From Mesotaenium endlicherianum (Eukaryota), in the NCBI GenBank assembly GCA_009602735.1, contig WELA01003597.1:662682-688784 (forward strand): DNA of 26,103 nucleotides, read 5' to 3'. The translations under genes and the position numbers were made by a program. Below are positions 20,664 through 26,103 of the stretch, in pieces (the stretch's first letter is position 1; each line of letters opens with the position of its first letter). The notes beneath the pieces are model-generated. The model saw only the letters and a program-made list of their open reading frames with translations, searched no databases and had not been told where the DNA came from.

Positions 20664-21355
20664 GTCACCCTCCCATGTGTGGTGTGTAAGCATGCATTTT
20701 GCACCTGGACAGATGCACATGCGCTTACACGTGTGCGTAGGGGAGGGAGGTTTGGGGGGTTATTGTAAGGGGACTTGCATGTCTAAATCTACGAGCTCAT
20801 GGAATTCTCATCCACCATACACATTTGAGCGCGTTGCATTCACGTGTGTGCTTTCTGCCAAGCATTTGATTTCTTTCTTGCAGATATCTTGAATGAGTTT
20901 TGCCATCCTTACACCCCTTACTCTCGACAAGTGTCGAAGCTCATTAAATGAGATGTGCACGCGTCCTGTTCGGCTTTGGCTGACCTGGCGCACAGTCGGT
21001 TACATAATCAATTAATTTCGTGTATGCAAAATTAATGCAGATCTTCTTATGTGCAAAGAAAGGATTGAGTGATGAAGCAAGAGGGCGCATTGATTTCTTT
21101 GCAGATATTGTTGACGTCTTCAGGGAAGCTTTACAACTCCAATTTCAATTTACGCCTTCGATTTTCTTTTACCTTCAAGTGATGTCCACATATGCTGATT
21201 ACGTGTCAGGATGTGTTCTATAATTTCTGAACAAGTCTTAAACTTGTTTTTTTTTGTCTATGCATTGCAGGTATACTTTATCTGCTGCAACCACTGCCAT
21301 TGCTGTGATGAGGTTGCGCTCCAAACCAATTAAGAGTCGAAGCAGCATGCTTTAA
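14405..21355 (+). CDS. SURF1: SURF1/Shy1 cytochrome c oxidase assembly protein, 7 exons, 540 aa
   Basis: Exons 14405-14558, 15077-15234, 15691-16364, 17445-17590, 18040-18131, 19651-19964, 21271-21355 join in frame (1623 nt), all GT-AG. Motifs: LLLPCAATFGLGCWQLQRR, EYRRVSVEGTFD, VGPRARS, GFHVITPF, VLVNRGWVP, VGVLRSSEHPNSFVPPN, QWFYADVSAMA, HLTYAFTWYTLSA. Exon 1 resembles a mitochondrial presequence. Confidence 0.92.
14697..14949 (-). mobile_element. Decayed Ty1/copia RT fragment in SURF1 intron 1
   Basis: LSDYLEKKG...GQREPALIYFK, frameshift in a T7 run, then YALVVDI*GPDSLEV...NLQWQREQF...VEI. Colinear with L..YL...GF...DP.LY.K...LYVDD...G.D...F...LG..I. Confidence 0.5.
15077..15234 (+). CDS. 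SURF1: SURF1 exon 2
   Basis: Ala/Gly repeat then ILGRIILLLPCAATFGLGCWQLQRRQQK|GT. The exact acceptor among tandem GAGCAG copies is uncertain. Confidence 0.85.
15385..15665 (-). mobile_element. Decayed Ty1/copia RNase H fragment in SURF1 intron 2
   Basis: APIW...CV...LSVEAEY*HLI*IKQM...LLDDNQ resembles PISW...VALST.EAEY...LLWIKQM...LYCDNQ. Confidence 0.55.
15691..16364 (+). CDS. SURF1: SURF1 exon 3 (with long Gly/Ser-rich insert)
   Basis: IEMLELRRQRLADDPVPL...YEYRRVSVEGTFDEQRTLFVGPRARSVYGVNEKGFHVITPFIPTRA AG|GT. Confidence 0.85.
16692..16753. repeat. 7-bp tandem repeat (CCCTGRA)x9, telomere-like variant
   Basis: Mixed CCCTGAA/CCCTGGA units; plant telomere repeat is CCCTAAA. Confidence 0.85.
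16905..17280 (-). mobile_element. Possible decayed Ty1/copia RT-RNase H junction in SURF1 intron 3
   Basis: RPE...MSKLS...IQTPHTNAHW...RQSSG...APSARSYQRQ..STARAWLAL...ELG, with motifs in copia order. Confidence 0.35.
17445..17590 (+). CDS. SURF1: SURF1 exon 4
   Basis: GQPAVLVNRGWVPSSWRD...; phase 2 in, phase 1 out. Confidence 0.88.
18040..18131 (+). CDS. SURF1: SURF1 exon 5
   Basis: NKEQQAGSPAEQSGWWWPFSGAKPKSKSAQ|GT; the SWW-like segment seen in plant SURF1; phases fit. Confidence 0.8.
18933..19165 (-). mobile_element. Decayed Ty1/copia RT core fragment in SURF1 intron 5
   Basis: APREF...RLSKASYPL...MDNGFIRG...TLIALYVD* resembles QPEGF...RL.KALYGL...NGF.RG...LYVDD. Confidence 0.6.
19651..19964 (+). 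CDS. SURF1: SURF1 exon 6
   Basis: VERLVGVLRSSEHPNSFVPPNMPQEGQWFYADVSAMARHCGLP...HLTYAFT TG|GT. Confidence 0.92.
20004..20445. other. Assembly gap (N 20013-20435) flanked by poly(C)
   Basis: Seen directly; intronic. Confidence 0.95.
20617..20660. repeat. (CT)n microsatellite
   Basis: Seen directly in SURF1 intron 6; (CTCCGG)n lies just upstream at ~20550-20575. Confidence 0.95.
20830..20900 (-). mobile_element. Possible copia RNase H end fragment in SURF1 intron 6
   Basis: LIQDICKKEIKCLAESTHVNA resembles FIRD.V.K.EIK...VST..N.AD. Confidence 0.3.
21271..21355 (+). CDS. SURF1: SURF1 exon 7 (terminal)
   Basis: Pyrimidine tract and TTGCAG|G, then YTLSAATTAIAVMRLRSKPIKSRSSML*; completes the conserved TWY motif. 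Confidence 0.9.
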
Positions 21356-23087
21356 CGCCACAATTGCTTTTTTCAAAATGTTCGGTTGACAAAAAAAAAA
21401 ATTGTACTAGATGTCAATTTCAAAAAAAATTAGTTGTGATATGCTGTCTGTACATGTTGCATGACATGACTAAATGTTTTATATGATGCGTTCAATGTCA
21501 TATATGTTGTGAGACAAATTTGGAGCCTCATGTGTGCACAAAACTCTGAGGTTCACTTCAAATAACATCCATATAATTAGACTTTGAATCATGTACTGTT
21601 GAAGGTGCTATGGCTTCTACGATGTGCACGTGCATCAGCTTGAAATGGAAAAGAGTTGAAACTTAAGAGAGAAATACGTACCTTGTTGGGATGTCACGTG
21701 GTTCAAAGAGGGAGCCATGTCCAGACCTAAGAGCCAGCCAGCGAGAGCAGCTGCCATTGTTTCTCTGGCTGTTTTCATCATCTCATGTCTTCCGCTTGAC
21801 CATATTCCCTTTGCGCCTTGCGCACAGGCGATAGGAGATCGTAGATGAATGCAAAGGATGGATATATACGTCTGTCCCGCTTCAAGACTTTAACATGGTG
21901 ACCACGTGTGGACCAAGTTGGCAACTCGTCACCGATTATGAATTGTATTCAACACTGATTACACAGATTCCTCGACATCCTACAAAGCTCTTTGCTCTTT
22001 GCAGCAATTTGCAGATATTTGCAACACTCGTGCTTGATCTTATGCACCTCCCAATCGAAACACCAAGCATCTTCACCATCTCACTCTCTATCACAATCTG
22101 TAGTTTTTTTTCGGTGACATGATATGAACATGACGGTATTTGAACATGATGGGGGAAATTTTCAAAAAACAATCACACGTCGTCTGAAACCTCCCATCAA
22201 GCATTTCAGACAGCCCTAGTCGCTCACTTGATAGCGCGGCTAAACTTGAAACATGGGCGGCTCAAGGATAACAAAGTGTATGCAGCTTGACGGCACTTGA
22301 TTAACAAACCAAATTCTGAATGTCCTGTTGAAATTTCAAGTAGCACGCTATATCAGGTTGTCACGACTTAATAAACAATTTCAAATTTGCCAAGTCAAAC
22401 GAGCTTAACGCAAACATGAAATGGTTTGAATGAGTTTAAAATCATAGTCCGTGCATTGCATTCTATTGCAAATAACTTCAAACATTATCGACAATTCACT
22501 ATTGACAAACAAACGCTTGACTCACTTCGAGAACTTCATGTTTTGGTTTTTGTCCAAGCGACCCTCTTACTTCAAGCTAATATCCCACATAGGATGAGGA
22601 CAACTACCGCTCACCTCGTACAACAACCAAAAGTCTCATCGTCTACTCAAAAGCACTACAACTTAACCTACAATCTTACACAAAAGTTTGGAATGTGTTG
22701 TAAGTCAGTCGGAAATAATCGGAATGGTTATTTGTTTTTCTTTTGTGTTTGTGCAGGAGCGCCCGACAACGACTGACGGGCCATGGCCGCTGACGGGAGG
22801 GGAGCGGGGGGCGGACCGGGTGGAGGTGAGTTGGATCGTCTTTTTAAGTGTCGGACATGGGCGCGGGGCCTCTTCTTGCTTGACCCCGCCTTGTTTTCGA
22901 GATAGTTTATTTTGTTAACGTTGTCAATGTTATTTTGACGTCGACGGTCGCCGTCGATGTCGTCGAGATTTTGACTTTTGTTGTGCACGTTTCGATTTAT
23001 CGTCATCGTTCGGGGGCGTCCGTGAGGGGAAATTGTCGGCTCCCTCACAAAAATTGAATTCGATGCATAATATTATCATAGAGGGCA

Positions 23088-23121
23088 TGAGAACGAGAAC
23101 AAGAACGAGAACGAGAACGAG
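23088..23121. repeat. (GAGAAC/AAGAAC)n hexamer repeat
   Basis: Seen directly; a second tract lies at 25282-25329. Confidence 0.9.
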
Positions 23122-25281
23122 TATCAACTGGTAGTTTGTGGGCTGCATGCGATCTCGCGCGACGGCCTGCGACGGGCCAAATTTGCTAGAGCGTGACCGT
23201 GTGCGACGCCTGGCGAGCGTGTGCGATCCGGGCGAAAGCACATTTTCCGCGCGAGGACCGGCGACCTCTCGCGAATGAAATTGTGCAAGTACTTGCGGAT
23301 GGGGGAAGGCATGTATACCCTCACGTCACTTGTCGTCAGTCGTGTTCGAGATGATTTGAAACGGTCGAGACTTCGAGTGCGCCGGGCCGGCCCACTATAA
23401 ATGTGCATCGGATGTTTTCGAAATCGTCATTTGACTGACACATTTTTTTGCGTTTCTGTTTGCGCAGGGAGTCGCGACTGGCGGGCCATGGCCGCTGGCG
23501 GGAGCCTGGAGGGGAGCGGGGGGCGAATGGGACCGAGGTGAGTTCGTTTGACGAGGTGAGTTCGTTCGACCCTCGCTCGTGTATTGAAGTTTCCGGGGTT
23601 TGTGGCGTCGATGCGTTGCTGTTTGTCATTTAGTGGTGTCGATGCGATGGTGTCGTGCGATGGTGTCGTTTGGTCCGGGCCAATTCGTCGCCCCCTCACA
23701 AAGTCAAAAATGACCACTGATCGAGTATCCCGCAGCGGTTTGTGGTCTGCGTGCGATCGGTCGCAGGGCCTTGCGACGGGCCGAGTTTGGCTTAGCGCGA
23801 CCTTGACGCGACCCTGAGCGACTCCTCGCGAACGTGTGCGAGTCGGACGACAACACATTTTGCGTGCGACTGAAGTCGACCTCTCGCGACGAAATTGTGC
23901 GAGCTACGGGCGGCTGGAAGGCAGGACGAGCGCCTTCAAGTCAGGATTGTATCGATGCAGGTACAGTCGGATTCAAGTAGAGGCTGGAAGGCAGCGATGC
24001 GGGTAGCTGTAAGTGACATTTCACTATTGACGCCCCATAAGTGGAGCTGCGCCATTACCTTACCTCATTTTTCGTCACACGAATTCGGCCTGGCAAAAGT
24101 GTGGCGAGGCTTGGCCTGAATTTGCTTCCTCTTGCACTCACTAGGCGTGTTAACAACAGTGATAACAAGGTTGCGGGTGTGGGCGCTCTGATGAAAGCGT
24201 GCTTCTTTTGCAGAAAATCAGTGGGAAGGATGGGGGATGGGGCTGGGCAGTACGTTAAAGGCCGCCATGGCTGAAAGGAGAGGAGAGAGGCTGGGAGAGG
24301 AAGAGCGGCTAAGGCGAGTTTCTTTTTCAAGGCGTGCTTCTTCCTACTGTCCCTGACATAGAGATGCACGTTCTTTACAAATTGGTTGCTTGATGCTTTC
24401 TTCTGCACTGTAGCAGATGCGCTATAGTAGACTCTCGCGATGTTCAGAGAGACGGCTGCTTTGCAGTAAACTTCGGTTCATTTTGCAAATTCGTGCTTCG
24501 TGGGTTTATGGCGTCGATGCCTGCCTTTTGTCATTTAGTCATTTTGATTTCGTCGCTGCACGGTGTCGTTTAAGGTCGCATGGTGGGTGGCATTTCCTCG
24601 CCTCCCCACAATGTTGAAATTGGGTATCGATCCAGTATGTAGATCCAGTATCATACTCAATTGGTAGTTTGTGGTGTGCGTGCAATCGAGCGCGACGTCC
24701 TGCGACGGGCCGAATTTGCTACAGCGCGACCGTGCGCGACGCCTGGCGAGCGTGTGCGAACCGGGCGAAAGCACAATTTCCGTGCGAGGGACGGCGCCCT
24801 GTCGCTATCGAGTTGTGCGAGCTATTGACGGAAGGCATGTACCTCACGTCACTTTTCGTCATACGTTTTCGAGATGATTCGAAACGGTCGAGACGTCGAG
24901 AGCGCCGGGCCGGCCCATGCACTATAAATGTGCATCGGATGTCTTGAAATCGTCATTCGACTGACACATTTCTTTTGCGTTTTTGTTTGCGCAGGGTGTT
25001 TGCGCAGGGAGTCGCGACTGGCGAGCCATGGCCGCTGGCGGGAGCCTGGAGGGAAGCGGGGGGCGGACGGGACCGAGGTGATTTCGATCGACGAGGTGGG
25101 TTCGTTCGACCCTCGCTCGTGTATTGAAGTTTTCGGGGTTTATGGCGTCGATGCGTTGCTGTTTGTCATTTAATGGTGTCGATGCGATGGTGTCGTGTGT
25201 GGTCGTTTGGTCCGGGCCAATTCGTCGCCCCCTCACAAAGTCGAAAGTGACCACTGATCGAGTATGAGAGACGGAGTACTC

Positions 25282-25329
25282 GAGAACAAGAACGAGAACG
25301 AGAACGAGAACAAGAACGAGAACAAGAAC
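25282..25329. repeat. (GAGAAC/AAGAAC)n hexamer repeat
   Basis: Seen directly. Confidence 0.9.
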
Positions 25330-26041
25330 GGGGCTTGTTTTGTGTTGGTCAGTAAGGCGCCCCTCACGTAACTCTTGTGAGGGGGGAATCAGTAAGGGGC
25401 CCTCGCTCGTGTGCGCGAGGGCCTATACGCGTTCGACATCGGAGCTTTACGACGCGAAAGCGTTCGTCGGGCACGCTTTTCCTGTGCGGCCCCTGTGCGG
25501 CCCGCCCTTTCGCGACCGCCGGCGCACTATATGTGTGTATCGGGTGTCATCGAAGTCGTCATTCGACTGACACTCTTTTGCTTTTGTGTTTGTGCAACGG
25601 CGACTGCCAGGCCATGGCCGCTGGCGGGAGGGGGGAGCGGGGGGCGGACCGGTCGAGGACCGAGGTGATTTTGTCGAGCTTCCTCGTCTTTTCGGTTGTC
25701 GGCCATGACGCGGGCCCCTTCTTGCTTGGCCGCTCCTCTTTGTTTTCGTGGAGGTTGATTCGTTTCGACGCCGACGGGCGCCGTCGACTGTTCCGACGTG
25801 TCGTTTGCTGTCGTGGACGTTGCGGTCTGTCATCGTCGCCGCCTTGCGGTCGTCATTTCTGTTGCTGAAAGTTTGTCGTTTGCGTCCGTGTGGTCACGGT
25901 GACGCTCGCTTTTTGGAGTTTGGCGTTATCGTTCGGGGGCGTTCGTGAGGGGAACTTGTCGGCCCCTCACAAACGTTCACCACAATTGAGAACCATGGCC
26001 GCTGGCGAGAAGGGCATGAAAGAGAGTACAATCGCAGACTC

Positions 26042-26048
26042 AGAGAGG

Positions 26049-26103
<55 letters not shown>
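26042..26103. repeat. (GA)n microsatellite running off the window end
   Basis: Seen directly. Confidence 0.95.

Larger units (their letters stand above)
22730..26010 (+). repeat. Degenerate tandem array of ~600-720-bp units, interrupted at ~23920-24480
   Basis: CCATGGCCGCTG at 22781, 23486, 25026, 25612, 25994. ~23130-23725 is highly similar to ~24665-25265, and ~22735-23050 resembles ~25575-25975. Confidence 0.9.

Noticed and set aside
19363..20892. 509-aa and other long ORFs spanning N gaps, plus many GC-rich overlapping ORFs
   Set aside because: Artefacts of gaps, low complexity and GC-rich antisense frames; only the spliced exons are supported.
21347..21355. SURF1 ends in -SML, a PTS1-like tripeptide
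   Set aside because: SURF1 is a two-helix mitochondrial inner-membrane protein; a weak non-canonical tripeptide is probably coincidental.
21681..21860. Exon-like open stretch on - ending CAAG|GTACG (...TMAAALAGWLLG...)
   Set aside because: No acceptor, partner exons or recognisable family could be established.
21936..22100. VKMLGVSIG...KLLQRAK on - resembles a LINE RT thumb region
   Set aside because: A single weak motif with no upstream RT motifs recognised.
22730..26010. Array considered as CRISPR, rDNA or tRNA cluster
   Set aside because: Units are hundreds of bp with no short identical repeat and unique spacer pattern, and no rRNA or tRNA sequence was recognised.

Overview
Eukaryotic, intron-rich genomic DNA, most likely a green plant or streptophyte alga (inferred from the plant-type SURF1). 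Three spliced genes could be assembled by hand with phase-consistent junctions. (1) An 11-exon, prokaryotic-type (E. coli Icd/type I homodimeric) NADP-isocitrate dehydrogenase on the - strand (14188->5554, 531 aa). It has a cyanobacterial-type internal insert, an N-terminal transit-peptide-like extension and a C-terminal peroxisomal SRL. (2) A 7-exon SURF1/Shy1 gene on the + strand (14405->21355, 540 aa), head-to-head with IDH across only 216 bp. (3) A tentative 3-exon C4HC3 RING-finger gene on the - strand (3433->1943). The most striking unexplained pattern is that most introns of all three genes appear, by eye, to contain decayed Ty1/copia RT-RNase H coding fragments, always antisense to the host gene. 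The last ~3.4 kb is a degenerate tandem array of ~600-720-bp units, each carrying TATA, acceptor, Kozak-ATG and donor motifs. All protein-family calls are by-eye comparisons with remembered consensus motifs; no searches were run.
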